This document shows, piece after piece, positions 30,851-49,286 of a stretch of DNA of 64,000 bases. Position numbers and translations under genes: made by a program. The DNA comes from the human T2T-CHM13v2.0 reference genome, Homo sapiens. The stretch is taken from the NCBI RefSeq assembly GCF_009914755.1, contig NC_060938.1. One strand, 5' to 3'. Numbering within the stretch: position 1 is the first letter of the stretch; each line of letters opens with the position of its first letter. A model generated the notes under the pieces. It was given only the letters and a program-made list of their open reading frames with translations. It did no database searches and had not been told where the DNA came from.

Positions 30851-32718
30851 TGTCTATCCCTTCATGATTTCAATTCATTCAACAAATCCTTCATTGAGTA
30901 GCTACTGTTTGAATGGTCTATGCTAGGTGTTAGGTCTATAATGACTATATAGACTAAAAACCCATCTTGGTCACTAACAGTTTCCACCTTCCGGTCTAAT
31001 GCAAGGGGCTCAGCAGAGTGTAAAGCAGCATAACATGTTTATTTAAATATTATGAGAATAAATAGGATTGCGGCCAAATACATTTATTGTCAGACTGACT
31101 ATTTCAATGGCTTCTGTTTCTATTTAGAACAAAAATCCAAATTTCTTTTGATGATCTATTAATTCCTGTTTGATATGGCCTTTGCCACCTTCTACAACCT
31201 CATCTCTTACTGTTCTTATGCCCCTACTACACTTTGGGACTATTAGCCTTCTGTAAATTCTTCTAACAAGCCAGCTTTTTCTTGACTTGAGGCCTTTGCA
31301 TGTGCTCTTTCTTTTGCCTAGAACACCTTGAATTTGCTGAGGGTTTAATGCATATTTGTTGAATGAAGGAAAGAATCAATCAATTTAAACATAATTTCCT
31401 CCCTTTAAATCCAGAACTTCGCAGAACTTTTAGTATGTAACTAGACAAGCTAAATTTCTAAGAGAATGATACAGTATGTAATGACTCCCAGATTTATTTA
31501 ACCATAGTTTTTTTCATGCAAATCTCTAAGGACAAATTTATCATGTACAGACTTTAGGAATTATGGCAGAGCAAAAATCACATTTGAATCCTGGCTGCCA
31601 CCAACTAATTGATGTAATCTTGGGCAAGACACTTAATCTCTCACAATCTCATGTTTGTGCCTCTGACAGAGATCAGCAGAATCTACTTTTATTTTTCCAG
31701 GTTTCTGGAAAAAATAATAAAATAAGTGCCAGATAGAAATTAAAACATTTTATTTCTAATGAATGTCAGTGGGAGGACAGAGCTTAGTGTGAAAGATAAA
31801 TGAACCTGCAAACTGGACCCCAGAGACAGGTATTGATGGACTATTTCAGGCTGTGCACAGTTTTTTCATTTATGAAGTATTCTATCTGTGGCTGGAGAAA
31901 ATTGCCCATGGGAAACTCCAGCCCAAGTGAAACATTTTATACCATCGCAAGAAAGGAAACTTACTAAAGGGGAAGAGACATTCTATTCTAAGTTTCTCAT
32001 GTGTACAATGTTGAAACTACCCTATTATACCTGTTCTAAAGAGTAAATAATCTATGTGGAGGACCTGGAATACTTAACAGAGGCTACTTTGTAAGCATCA
32101 GTTCCTCTTCCTTCTGATTTTACACATTCAAATACCTCTCTAGGTAGAATTTCAAGAACTGGAAGCCTTTAAACTAAGTCCCTCTCATCAAATACTGAAT
32201 CTGAACAAGTCTTACAGAAAATAGGTTAGAAGCCATTACTAAATTTAAGTGTGCTGTCCAGAATTTTGTAGTTTTCCATATATATATGGCATATATATGG
32301 CATCTGACCTCTCTAATGTACACCCTAGGCACCAAAGTTCCAACTAATAAACAGCTTTTTCTCACCTTCCTTGGGTTTACCCAATTTAGACAATTAACTT
32401 TCTGTCTTTATATCTTGTTTAGCACATGTTTTCCATTCTAAAATTTGTCCTGGTATATTTGTTATTTAATGTGGTCTTGATCTTCTTAATCTCCATATCT
32501 TTAGATAGTTAGAAAATAGTTTTGAGGAAGAGATGACATAATTCAACTGTGATGTTTAAGTGATAACTGGAAAAGTGGTAGCTGGTAGATGCTGATGGTG
32601 AGTAGTAGGTCTCCGTTCAAGTTATCTCTTCAGAAAGGCATTTATGACCATCCTATCTAAAATAGCTCTACGTCTTAAATCACAGTCTACCTGCATGCTC
32701 TGTTTTCTTTTCTTTTTA

Positions 32719-33075
<357 letters not shown>

Positions 33076-33314
33076 TTATTTGCTTTAATTTTTATATCAT
33101 AATCTGAGAATATATTATTGATTCGTTTGCTTATTTATTATCTCCTGTTATAGAATATAACGTCAGGAGGCCAGAGGCTTTGTCCTGCCTAATGTGTTAT
33201 TTCCACACTGAATAAAAGCACCTGAGTCCTGGTAAGTGCTCATATGATTGGCTCAATAAAAGAATAATAAATGAATTGGAAAGAGGAGACAGTGAAGGAT
33301 ATAGGAGATGTACC

Positions 33315-34315
33315 TGATAGCAACTTACTGCCTCTCAGCTCAAAATTCACCCTTCAAAACCTTTTCTACACCAATGGATAGAATTCCTGTCAGCATTTCT
33401 CTTTTACGTTGAACACAATGTTAAGCTTCCTCAGTGAAGGACCCTAGATGGACATTGCAGGAAGAAGGGACTTCCCCTGTTGGACCTAGAGGTTGTACCA
33501 GCATTGTAGGTGGGAGGACATCCACTGGCTCTTTGCAATAGCCATGTGTCCATAAAGTATAGTTTCTCAGCAATCTCATTGCCCAGTCTAGGCTTGGCAA
33601 TCACCCTCCTGCAGCCTTATCAACACATTGCTCGAGGCCTCAAGCCCACATGGCATCCTCTCACTCTGTATGTCCTCATACCTGACTGATTCGTCTGTGC
33701 CTCATGTGTTTGCTTCCTGCTTGCCTAGTAACTATAGATCAGTTCTGTCTTTGGGAAATCAGAAAACTTCTGTGCCTTCCATTGGGATGCTTCTATGCCT
33801 TCTCCAGTAAAGTGTGAAGTGTATTTTTGTGGATAGAGCTCCTTTCCATGCTTTTCCTTATTTTGGTCCTCTCCGTCAGGCCTAGGGAGACTTACGGTAT
33901 TTTTTAAAATCTTACAGTTACTCCTTTGTCATACCTCAGTAATTATTTATGTTAAACTTATGTTTAAATCACTGCAGGCATTTTTTTTTTTCTGAGACAG
34001 GGTCTGGCTCTGTCATCCAGGCTGGTATGCAGTGGCTTCAGTCATAGCTCACATTAGCCTCCAACTCCTAGACTCAAGGGATCCTCCTGCCTCAGTTTCC
34101 CAAGTAGCTGGGACCACAGGCATGCACCACAGCATCCAGCTAAATTATTATTATTTTTTGTAGAAATAGAGTCACACTATGTTGTCCATCCTGCCTTGTA
34201 CTCCTGGACTCAAGCAATCCTCCCATCTTAGGCTCCCAAAGTGCTTGGATTACAGATGTGAGCCACCACCCCTGGCTGTTGTTTTAATCTCCTGAATACA
34301 TCCAAACTGATTCAC
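33315..34315 (+). mobile_element. ERVL-class 5' LTR (LTR41-like), interrupted by AluJ
   Basis: TGCCTCTCAGCTCAAAATTCACCCTTC start motif; ends ACTGATTCACA just before TTTGGTATCAG (PBS-like). Confidence 0.55.
33982..34277 (-). mobile_element. AluJ
   Basis: CAGGGTCT, ATAGCTCAC, GATCCTCCTGCC and CACTATGTTG J-type diagnostics. Confidence 0.9.
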
Positions 34316-35625
34316 ATTTGGTATCAGAAGTGGTTGGGTTGCAAGAGGTAGATCTTTGAAAACGGCATTTTGAGATTGTTTGGCCATGCCCTTGAGCTTT
34401 AGCATGGTGCTGAGCTTCCTTTGCCAATGGGAAATGGGTGCAATGTCATCACAGTTACTTAAGCTACTAGCTGTGGATTGACATAAAACACCAACTGAAG
34501 CACATGCTTTGGGAATTCAAGTGGTTATTAAACATGACCAAATGGCAGGACTGAATCTGATAATGACAGGAATGTGGGATGAAATTTTGTTTTGTGTGCA
34601 CTTGAGTGCTTATAGAGTAAACACCAATCCCAAATCCATTATTTTTCAGCTTAAATCACAGCCTGAGAACTAGAATGCTTTAATGATATTTATAAAAGCA
34701 TCTTATTTCTTATAGCCACAGGACTGATATTGGTGAAAACCAAACACAAAATTTAATTGTGTGCAAAGTTACATTGTTAAATTATAACGATAGGTAAATC
34801 TACACTATTGTTAACTTTCTCATGTAAAAGTTAGAACATTGACAGGAAAAGAATGGGATTCCAACATCTGCAATGGGGACATTTGGTTGGAACCAAATGA
34901 AACTGACAATCTTGAATCCACATGCCATTCCGAGCCTCTCTTATCAGTGAAAGTGGCTTGTCCTCTGGGGTCCAAGGAGACTGGCTTTTTCCTGCTTGAA
35001 AAGCCATGTGGTAACCACACTTAGATGCCCTGGGAGGGAATGCTTATTCTCTTCAAGATTGTTTCATAAGATTTCCATTTCACTCAGGCATTAATATAGT
35101 GAGAGGAGTACCTACAGCCTTGAAAAGCTTTGTGCTTGGTCTCATTTTTAGACCCAATATGACTGGAAGGAATTTCAACATTGGGATGGGCTCCCTAATT
35201 TTAATGGGGATGATGTGAGCCCAGAATAGCTAAGCCTAAGGGGCCACACAGTTGTCAAAGACAAGATGTGGATGTCAGCTAATAAAGGGCAGCAGAGACT
35301 TACAAAAAAATTAAAATGTCTTTGCCCATAGAAATCTTTGGTAGTGACTAATTGATCACAGAGTTCCTAGGAAATAAATAGATAGGCATCCTATCAGACT
35401 ATTTCTTGAGCTATGTAATGGGAAAGACTCTAAGTCTGGTATCCAAACATCTGATTTGAGTTGTCATAGTTTTCTCACCCAGTTTCAAGAAAGAAGTCAG
35501 TTCACAGATTCAGAAGCCCTTAATTGAAAGATAAGCCAAGCTCCCTTTGAGGAAGGACCCTGCACCACTGCTACAAGTACATACTGTAAATCTCCCTCCA
35601 AGTTTTCTCCAAAGGGATCAGCAGC
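34316..35625 (+). mobile_element. ERVL internal (gag-region) remnant
   Basis: TGGTATCAG after the LTR; ORF 34839..35024 TGKEWDSNICNGDIWLE resembles the ERVL gag motif (GKEWDP..W.GD.W). Confidence 0.65.
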
Positions 35626-36272
35626 AAATATCCCTTTAGAAAACTCAAATGTTACATATTTGAAGAACCAGAGGACAGAGTTTAGGGCAACCATGGCTAC
35701 TGGAAAGTAAGGAGAGAATGTACTAGAAAGAAAGCAGCTGGAGAGGGTAACCCCAAATCAAATTTTGCATAAAATTTGCATAAATCTTTGGCTGATCCAA
35801 GCACAAGGCAAATTCCAAGCAAAATGAGACATGATTAAAGGGAGAAATAGACAATTTCATAATCATAGGTAGAGATTTTAACTCTCTCTCAGCAATTGAT
35901 AAAACAGACAAACATCAGTAAAGACCTAGAGAATTGGAACAACACTATCAATTGCCTTTATCTAATTGGTACAAAACAGGGGCGTAATACCCATTCTTAC
36001 TACTGTAGAGAATATGTTCACCAAGGCAGACCCAATGCTAGGATATAAAAAAAAGTGTTAATAAACTGAAAAGGATAAAAATCTTACAAAGTATGTAAAT
36101 AACGAACTATGTAAGCATAGTGCCTAGAACATTTTGGTACTTAATTTTAAAAAATCTGTTGATTGAGTGAATTTATGCATGAATAGATCAGGGATCTTGG
36201 TTATGTTAATTAACCTTTTGGCACAATATAAAGACACAATATAAACTGTGGGAGATTTGGTAATAGCAGCCA

Positions 36273-37024
<752 letters not shown>

Positions 37025-37185
37025 AACCCTTAAAGAGAAAAGTGCTAATTGACAGAATTAATGTATCTTCTTGTGAATTATCTTCCACTTTCCTAGCCAT
37101 TATGTTGTTGTTATTATTGTTGTAAATTCTTTGCTTCTGCTCTAGATCCTTGAAGTTACCAAAGAATCTTCTGAGCAAGCCTTGC

Positions 37186-37758
37186 TCTATTGGTTTTCGA
37201 TCATTGCCATAACAAATTACCACAAATTTAATGGATTAAAACAGTATACATTTATCACCTCACAGTTCCATAGGTCAGAGGTCTGGTGGGCTCAACCAAT
37301 TTCTTTGATTTCACAAAGCCGAAATCAAGGTAGAAGTCACTCTGGGTTCTTAGCTGGAGACTCTTTCCACTAAGAATCAAATTCCAAGCTCATTTGGGAT
37401 GTTGGCAGAATTCAGTTCTTTGTGTTTCTAGTAATGAAGTACTGTTTCCTTGCTGGCTATCAGCAGGAAGTGTCTTCTTAAGGCTACCAGCATTCCTTGT
37501 CATGTTTCCTTCTCCATCTTCATATTCTGATTTGTCCTGCTGCATCTCCTCTGACTTTAGCCAGAGTAAGTTCTTTACTTTTAAGGACTCATGTGATTAG
37601 ATTTGACCTACTGGAGTAATTTAGGATAATCTCTCTGTCGAAGTCTGTAACCTTAATTACATCTGAAAAAAATTTCTTTTGCATGTAAATTAACATTTTC
37701 ACAGGTTCTGGAGATTGGGGCATGATATCTTCCTTGGGCCATTACTTGTCCTGCCACT
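37186..37758 (-). mobile_element. MLT1 (D/E-like) solo LTR
   Basis: TGCCATAACAAATTACCACAAA...AAGGACTCATGTGATTAGATT...CTTAATTACATCTG. Confidence 0.8.
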
Positions 37759-38315
37759 TGGAATAGGTGCTTATAAGCCACCTCTAAGATAATGAATAAC
37801 TTGCAATTTGATCCGTGATTTACATAACGTGTATGTTTTTCCTGTTTGCAAAGGCATATGGCAAGGGAGTAAAGCCAAACTTTTTACCACATGGCAAAAA
37901 TAATTGTATTTTGCAACAGACTAAAAGCTTAATGCTATACAGACTTTGGGTTGGTGGAGTTACTTGAGGATTTACTCCAGCAAAACAAAAAAAAGAATGA
38001 AAGAAAGAGAAAGATAAAAATATGAAAGAAGCAACAGACCTATTCCAGAAATGTAATGAAAAAAGGCCACGAAGTTTGACAACTATGTATTAAATTTACA
38101 ATCAGTCCAAATTAGACTGGTAGTCAGATTGATATGAGAAGTACATTTTCAAAAAGATGTACTATACCAAATAATATGAGTGCAAAACTCTGGATGATTT
38201 TAGTAATAATGTGAAGACACATATTTCTTTTGACAATTAAAAAAAAGAAAATGAATTGGAAACTTCAGGAAACGTCAGAAAATACAAAATGCTCTGTAGG
38301 AAGTAATTGTCTAAA

Positions 38316-39187
38316 TGAGAGGTGAAGCCAGTGGGACTTCCTGGATTGGATGGGGACTTGGAGAACTTTTCTGTCTAGCTAAAGGATTGTAAACACACCA
38401 ATCAGTGCTCTGTGTCTAGCTAAAGGATCGCAAATGCACCAATCAGCACTCTGTAAAAATTCTGTGTCTAGCTAAAGGTTTGTAAATGCACCAATCAGCA
38501 ATCTGTTAGAATGCACCAATCAGTGCTCTGTGTCTAGCTAAAGGTTTGTAGATGCACCAATCAGCACTCTGTAAAAACGCATCAATCAGCGTTCTGTGTC
38601 TAGCTAAAGGTTTGTAGACACATCAATCAGCACTCAGTAAAAACGCACCAATCAGCACTCTGTAAAATGGACCAGTCAGCGCTCTGTAAAATGGACCAAT
38701 CAGCAGGATGTGGGCGGAGCCAATAAGGGAATAAAAGCTGGCCACCAGAGCCAGCCAGTGGCAACCTGCTTGGGTCCCCTTCCACCCTGTGGAAGCTTTA
38801 TTCTTTTGCCCTTCACAATAAATCTTGCTGCTGCTTACTCTTTGGGTCTACATTACCTTTATGAGCTGTATCGCTCACCATGAGGGTCTGCGGCTTCACT
38901 CCTGAGGTCAGCGAGACCACGAACCCACTGGGAGGAACAAACAACTCCAGAAGCACAACCTTTAAGAGCTGTAACACTCACTGTGAAGGTCTGTGGCTTC
39001 ACTCCTGAAGTCAGCGAGACCACGAACCCACCAGAAGGAAGAAACTCCGGACACATCTGAAATCTGAAGAAACAAACTCTGGACACACCATCTTTAAGAA
39101 CTGTAACACTCACTGCGAGGGTCCCCGACTTCATTCTTAAAGTCAGTGAGACCAAGAACCCACTGGAAGGAACCAATTCTGGGCACA
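38316..39187 (+). mobile_element. LTR12 (HERV9) solo LTR
   Basis: TGAGAGGTGAAGCC start, tandem CACCAATCAGC/TCTAGCTAAAGG units, R/U5 repeats CAGCGAGACCACGAACCCAC, ends GGGCACA; 4-bp TSD TAAA. Confidence 0.95.
38398..38737 (+). promoter_or_regulatory. LTR12 U3 enhancer/promoter: NF-Y CCAAT array, GC box, TATA-like element
   Basis: Eight intact CCAAT (38398, 38439, 38491, 38516, 38557, 38648, 38696, 38720), GGGCGG at ~38712, AATAAAAG at ~38730; activity inferred from the family, not shown here. Confidence 0.7.
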
Positions 39188-39517
39188 TAAATATGCAGCA
39201 AAATACAATATGGTATGATTTTGAGCAATTGATGAATATGTAGAAAAATTATTCAATCCTGATGTTTGAAATATGCTACTTTGAGTAGCAGCCTTGTAGT
39301 GACCTAAATGTATTTCTGTAGATAAAATTGAACTATGTGGTACTATAGTGAATAATGTGTGTTACAATATAATAGCATGCACAATTGTATATATGAAGTT
39401 TAGAACACTTCTACATTTTAATATCTGTAATATGATTATACTCATATATGTGTACTCAGATTTTAAAACATAATAAAATATAAATGTTATTATTGTCTTT
39501 CTAGGAAGATGGTGAGG

Positions 39518-39817
39518 TTTTTTTTTTTTTTTTTTTTTTCAGTCTCACTCCGTCACCCAGACTGGAGTGCGGTGGCATGATCTCAGCTCAATGCAACCTC
39601 TGCCTCCTGCGTTCAAGTGAGTCTCATGCCTCACCCTCCCTATTAGCTGGGATTACAGGTGTGTACCACGACACCCGTCTAATTTTTTGGTATTTTTAGT
39701 AGAGACGGGGTTTCACCATGTTGGTCAGGCTGGTTTCAAACTCCTGGCCTCATGTGATCCATCCATCTTGGCCTCCCAAAGTGCTGGGATTACAGGCAGG
39801 GGCCACCGCATCTGGCC
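39518..39817 (-). mobile_element. AluS
   Basis: Poly-T, reverse Alu; TSD GAT(G/T)GTGAG. Confidence 0.95.
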
Positions 39818-40589
39818 GATTGTGAGAATTTGAATAGGCCACTGAAATAGATAAACTTTAATAAAACTGATAAACTAAAAACAAATTATTTAGAGTCTGT
39901 TCAATGTCAGAATCAAGAATACAGAGGATGAAAACACAGAGCATAAGTTAAGGAATTTACCTGGTACTAATTCTGGTAGGGACTTTGCTTTGAAAGCCTC
40001 AGATTTCTAGATTGAAACTCCAATTAGAGTAAAGAAATATTTTGGTTAGTATGAAAAAGTGTTGATAAAATTAAAATAACATTATTGTGTGAGTTAAAAT
40101 GACCACAGAATTATCAGTATCTGATTTAGGAATGAGAGGAAATTGCTTGTGCATGAACTCTCCTTGGGTGATCGTATAAGCCACTTGGCACATGAGTGTA
40201 TGGGATTAGGAAGGTCAAGAAAAGGGCAATCTCATTTGCTTCAGTTGAAGTTGGAAATGGATCATGTTGGTGAATGAGATAAACACTAGTATTTAAAAAA
40301 AAGAAAAATAAATTCATTTTAAAACCCCTTTATTGAATTATTTTTAAAGTATTCATGGCACTAACCATTTTTCCTTTTTTTCTTTTGACTTATAACTTTT
40401 CTAAAACAAGAAGCAATAATTTCAAATGAAAAAGTTTCTGTTTGCAATAGAGGAAATATACCACAGTCTGTTTGGTACAGTGGTATGTACTGTTGACATA
40501 AATCAGTGCAACTTCATTCTTTGAAACAAAAAGCCCTGATGGTATTTCTCAATACAGGTTAAGAATTCTTAATTTAAAATCTGAAATAT

Positions 40590-40740
40590 GGCCCACATAG
40601 CATATTACGGATTTACTAGCCTCCGTAATAGTGTGAACCAATTCCTTATAATACTCTTACACACATACACACACAGACACACACAAACCCACACATATAT
40701 CCTGTTGGTCCTGTTTCTCTCGAGAACTCTGTTTAATACA
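40590..40740 (+). mobile_element. MLT2 (ERVL) LTR 3' fragment
   Basis: AGCCTCCGTAATAGTGTGAACCAATTCC...(CA)n...ATCCTGTTGGTCCTGTTTCTCTCGAGAACTCTGTTTAATACA. Confidence 0.75.
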
Positions 40741-40950
40741 GAAGGTCATATAGGTTCTTGACTAGAAGACAATTCAGAGCAATTGTTGCCCATTAGGATC
40801 ATCACCTTCTTGAGGTTGGCAATTGGTGTCTTTCTTCCTCAAGTTTTCTTTTTATTCTTTTTAATGCTGCAGCCATCAGCCTTCCAAAACCTCTATGATA
40901 AATACAAGAGTAATGTTCTGAGGTCAAAAACAAAACAAAACAAAACAAAC

Positions 40951-41045
40951 CTTCCTTCTTTCCTTCCTTCCTTCCTTCCTCCTTTCCTCCCTTCCTCCTT
41001 TCCTCCCTTCCTCCCTTCATCCCTTCTTTCCTTCTTCCCTTTCTA
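40951..41045. repeat. (CCTT)n simple repeat preceded by (AAAAC)n
   Basis: Seen directly; lies inside the retrocopy 3'UTR. Confidence 0.9.
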
Positions 41046-42160
41046 ACTTCCTTCTGTTTTAGTTTGTTTTTATTTAGCACTCTGAGACCACAAGGTCTTA
41101 TTAATTTTCTATTACCCTTTTTTCTACAGAAAGAAATCATTTTAGTGGATATTGATAGCTTATATATAATAATTTATATAGACAAAATATATTCTAAGTA
41201 TGTGCCTCCTTTTACTTCCTACCTCATACATTTTTGTTTCCTTCTTCAAAATTTTAGGACAAATGCCATGGACTCATTCATGATTTTGAATTACCTGAAT
41301 TCAAAACAGACTAAAACAAATTTTTGTGTTTTTATTTGTGTGATGAGATACTGCTTTGCCTGGGGTGCATGTAGACAGGAGGATGAGGGAATATGAAGAA
41401 TATGGGCAGAGAAGAAAGGAAGAGAGAAGAGTTAGGAAGAGATAGAGAAGCAGGCAATTATAAACAAAAACAAGTTTGAAATCTATGAAGCAAAAAAAGG
41501 GTATGTGAGTTAGAGATGAAGAGAGAGAGTTTATTTTTCTAAGAGATGGTATCCCTTTGGTAGACATGTGCAGGCTATCCAGAACTGCCATGAGTATCCA
41601 CTTGAATAAAGCCCCATCCCAGACCCCCTTCCCACTACCATAGACTTTTTCATAGGTGCCTTTGAAGTTTTTTCCTATACTATGTAACCACCTCAAAATG
41701 ACTTTATCCATTAAAGCGTTTATCCTTCAGTGTTTAAAGAAAATAATAATGATTAAAATTTTAATTTAGTCAAATTTTATGATGTGTAAATTCTTTGAGG
41801 TTTCTTTGCATACCATTAGATTGCCCCCAAATAACTTGACATTTAAAGTGTTTATCGAGGTCTGTTCCAAGATGGCTGAATAGGAAGAGCTCCCATCTGC
41901 AGCTTCTAGCATGATCGACACAGAAGACGGGTGATTTCTGCATTTCCAACTGAGCCTCCCCTGGTGACACCCACGCTAACCGAGTCTGGAGTGGACCTCC
42001 AGCAAACTCTAACAGACCTGCAGCTGAGGGGCCTCACTGTTAGAAGGAAAACTAACAAACAGAAAGGAATAGCATCAATATCAACAAAAAGGACATCAAC
42101 ATCAAAACCCCATCTGTAGGTCACCAACATCAAAGACCGAAGGTGGGTAAAACCACAAAC

Positions 42161-43182
42161 GTGGGGAGAAACCAGAGAAGAAAAGCTGACAGTTCTAAAA
42201 ACCAGAGCGCCTCTTCTCCTCCAAAGGATCCCAGCTCCTTACCAGCAACAGAACAAAGCTGGACGGAGAATGACTTTGACGAGTTGACAGAAGTAGACTT
42301 CAGAAGGTTGGTAATAAGAAACTTCTCTGAGCTAAAGGAGCGTGTTCTAACCCATCACAAGGAAGCTAAAAACCTTGAAAAAAGGTTAGACGAATGGCTA
42401 ACTAGAATAAACAGTGTAGAGAAGACCTTAAATGACCTGATGGAGCTGACATGGCAGGAGAACTTCATGACGCATACACAGGCTTCAATAGCCGATTTGA
42501 TCAAGTGGAAGAAAGGATATCAGTGATTTAAGATCAAATTAATGAAATAAAGCAAGAAGAGACATTTAGAGAAAAAAGAGTAAAAATAAACGAACAAAGT
42601 CTCCAAGAAATATGAGACTATGTGAAAAGACCAAATCTATGTTTGATTGGCGTACCTGAAAGTGATGGGGAGAATGGAACCAAGTTGGAAAACACTCTTC
42701 AGGATATTATCCAGGAGGACTTCCCCAACCTAGCAAGGCAGGCCAACATTCAAATTCAGAAAATACAGAGAACACCACAAATATACTCCTTGAGAAGAGC
42801 AACCCCAAGACACATAATTGTCATATTCACCAAGGTTGAAGTGAAGGAAAAAATGTTAAGGGCAGCCAGAGAGAAAGGTCGGGTTGAACACAAAGGGAAG
42901 CCCATCAGACTAACAGCGGATCTCTTGGCAGAAACCCCATAAACCAGAAGAGAGTAGGAGCCAATATTCAACATTCTTAAAGAAAAGAATTTTCAAACCA
43001 GAATTTCATATCGATTCACACTAAGCTTCATAAGTGAAGGAGAAATAAAATCCTTTACAGACAAGCAAATGCTGAGAGATTTTGTCACCACTAGGCCTGC
43101 CTTACAAGAGCTCCTGAAGGCAGTGCTAAATGTGGAAAGGAACAACCGGTACCAGCCACTGCAAAAGTATGCCGAATTGTAA
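42161..43182 (+). pseudogene. L1 ORF1, inactivated
   Basis: ORF pieces ..ENDFDELTE..LEKRLDEWLTRI.., KRPNLCLIGVPE..RATPRHII; start codon mutated to GTG, frameshift, in-frame stops. Confidence 0.9.
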
Positions 43183-43245
43183 AGACCATCGATGCTAGGA
43201 AGAAACTGCATCAATTAACGGGCAAAATAACCAGCTAACATCATA

Positions 43246-47059
<3,814 letters not shown>

Positions 47060-47289
47060 ACAAAGAGAACACTTGAACACAGGGCGTGGAACATCACACA
47101 CTGGGGCCTGTTGGGGGGTGGGGGGCTGGGGGAGTGGTAGCATTAGGAGAAATACCTAATGTAAATGATGAGTTGATCGGTGCGGCAAACCAACATGGCA
47201 CATGTATACCTATGTAACAAACCTGCATGTTGTGTACCTGTACCCTTGAACTTAAAGTATAATTAAAAAAAAAAAAAGAAAAAAAAAAC

Positions 47290-47605
<316 letters not shown>

Positions 47606-48568
47606 CTATTTTGAGAACAAACAACAAAATAAAATGTTTATCATTTAAAATGTTAAAAGGAAAAAAATAATGATTAAAAATTGAAGTTACTCAGATTATA
47701 GGAATTACTATTTAGAAATGTATTAATGCTTTGGATACTTTATGTATTCTTAAGACCACACATTGAAACATATTTCTTCCTTTAATACTTACATGCACAG
47801 AGACTGTTTTACATAAGAACAAAAATAGTGTAAATTTTTCTTTGCTTTGAACATGGTCATTTATATCAGTCCAACTAAATACGGTAGTGTCATGAGAGTT
47901 ATGTAGTATACTCTGTGGATGGTAGTGCATATGGCTGGAAGCATTCAGAATCTCTGGTGAGAGGCATGTGGCTGGGCAGACCTCTGCCTCATGCTGTGTT
48001 GATCTGGTGAAACTAGCTGGATTCTCTTTCTGCTCTTCTTAACTTACTGTGGTGTTCTCAGGGCTTCTTTAAAGTTCCTGTATGCCCATGGCCAACTGAT
48101 TGTTGCTTAGGAAGGTCTTTGGTTTATTCCCTGTTCTAGTAGTTTATCTTATTCTGTCAGCATAGAAACACTACATTTCTATTTGGTTTTGCTGGTACTT
48201 CTGGGAATCTCAATTGCTGTGGTATGAGGAGAGTTCCTGAGAATATTTCTGCTTCAGCAGAAGTATTGGAGGGAGGGTTAAATAAATTCTGTTGTTTTAG
48301 TTTTGTAAAGATAATGCCTCTGACCCTCAAACAGGTGAAACTGTGATGGTGACCATTTTCTCTCTGACATCCGGAACTTCTGCTGTGACAATGTTGATAG
48401 AAGCCCAACAAATTTCTTTAAATATTTTAATGTGTTGACCCATTTTTCCCATGATGTTCCCCACAGCCCAGATGAGATGGAGAGATTCCAATATCCCATT
48501 CTGGATAGTAGTGATGATGAGGAAATGGGCTGATGTGGTGAGGGGAAAATGGAATGTAGAAGTTTTAG

Positions 48569-48618
48569 TATATATATATATATATGTATGTGTGTGTATA
48601 TATATATGTATGTGTGTG

Positions 48619-48649
<31 letters not shown>

Positions 48650-48724
48650 GTGTGTATATATATGTATGTGTGTGTATATATATATATGTATGTGTGTACA
48701 CACACACACACACATACACACACA
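48569..48724. repeat. Compound (TA/TG)n-(CA)n microsatellite
   Basis: Seen directly; interrupts the retrocopy KH2-KH3 linker. Confidence 0.95.
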
Positions 48725-49286
48725 TAGTGTAGCATATGAGGTTACTCCAGTCACAGATTTTGAATACCAAAGTCATGAGATTCAACCCTGGGATCAGATT
48801 GGCCTGTTGATAACAAGTAGCAGATAGCTTTCAAAGGTTTTATGCAGCTTCTTAATACTGTATGCCTCATCATTGGTGTGGAACTCAAGGATTTTTTCAG
48901 GGTTTAAAATGTTCGAATCCTGAAGCAGTGTGGTTTTTATCTTGTCCCAGCATCATGTTCAATTTTCTTCAAGCATCCTTCTCTTTTCTTGATATATCTT
49001 CAGACAAGCAACTGTAGGGTGATATTTTCAGAGGAATTTTTGCAGTTGGTTTAGTCTCATCACCCCCTTTCTGCATGATTTCAAGAATTGTAAGGCATGC
49101 ATCAGAGGTTCCACCTGAGGTGATAGTTCCACCATAACCATGGATAGAGACAGGTTTTCCTAAATTTCAGAATTCTCATTTCTACAGATGCTAATCCAGG
49201 ACAGGTTTGTTTAATACTAATCTTTTTCATCAAGTCTTGCTTTCTAATGATTGCAACAACCACTCTGTGGGGTCTATGATCTACAG

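Noticed and set aside
38370-38705. Regular repeats resembling a CRISPR array
   Set aside because: They are the tandem U3 units of LTR12, with no unique spacers or cas genes, in a eukaryotic context.
40741-41230. IGF2BP2 retrocopy acting as a let-7 sponge
   Set aside because: Where I recall the parental let-7 sites, the minus strand has a microsatellite and GACCTCA instead of TACCTCA. The CTACCTCA at 41219-41226 is on the opposite strand, and a single 8-mer is expected by chance.
48381-48533. Protein-like + strand frame ending PHSPDEMERFQYPILDSSDDEEMG*
   Set aside because: It is the antisense reading of the IGF2BP2 PHHH/KH3 region.
48278-48827. Y/I/H/T- and C/V/M-rich ORFs
   Set aside because: They are microsatellite translations.
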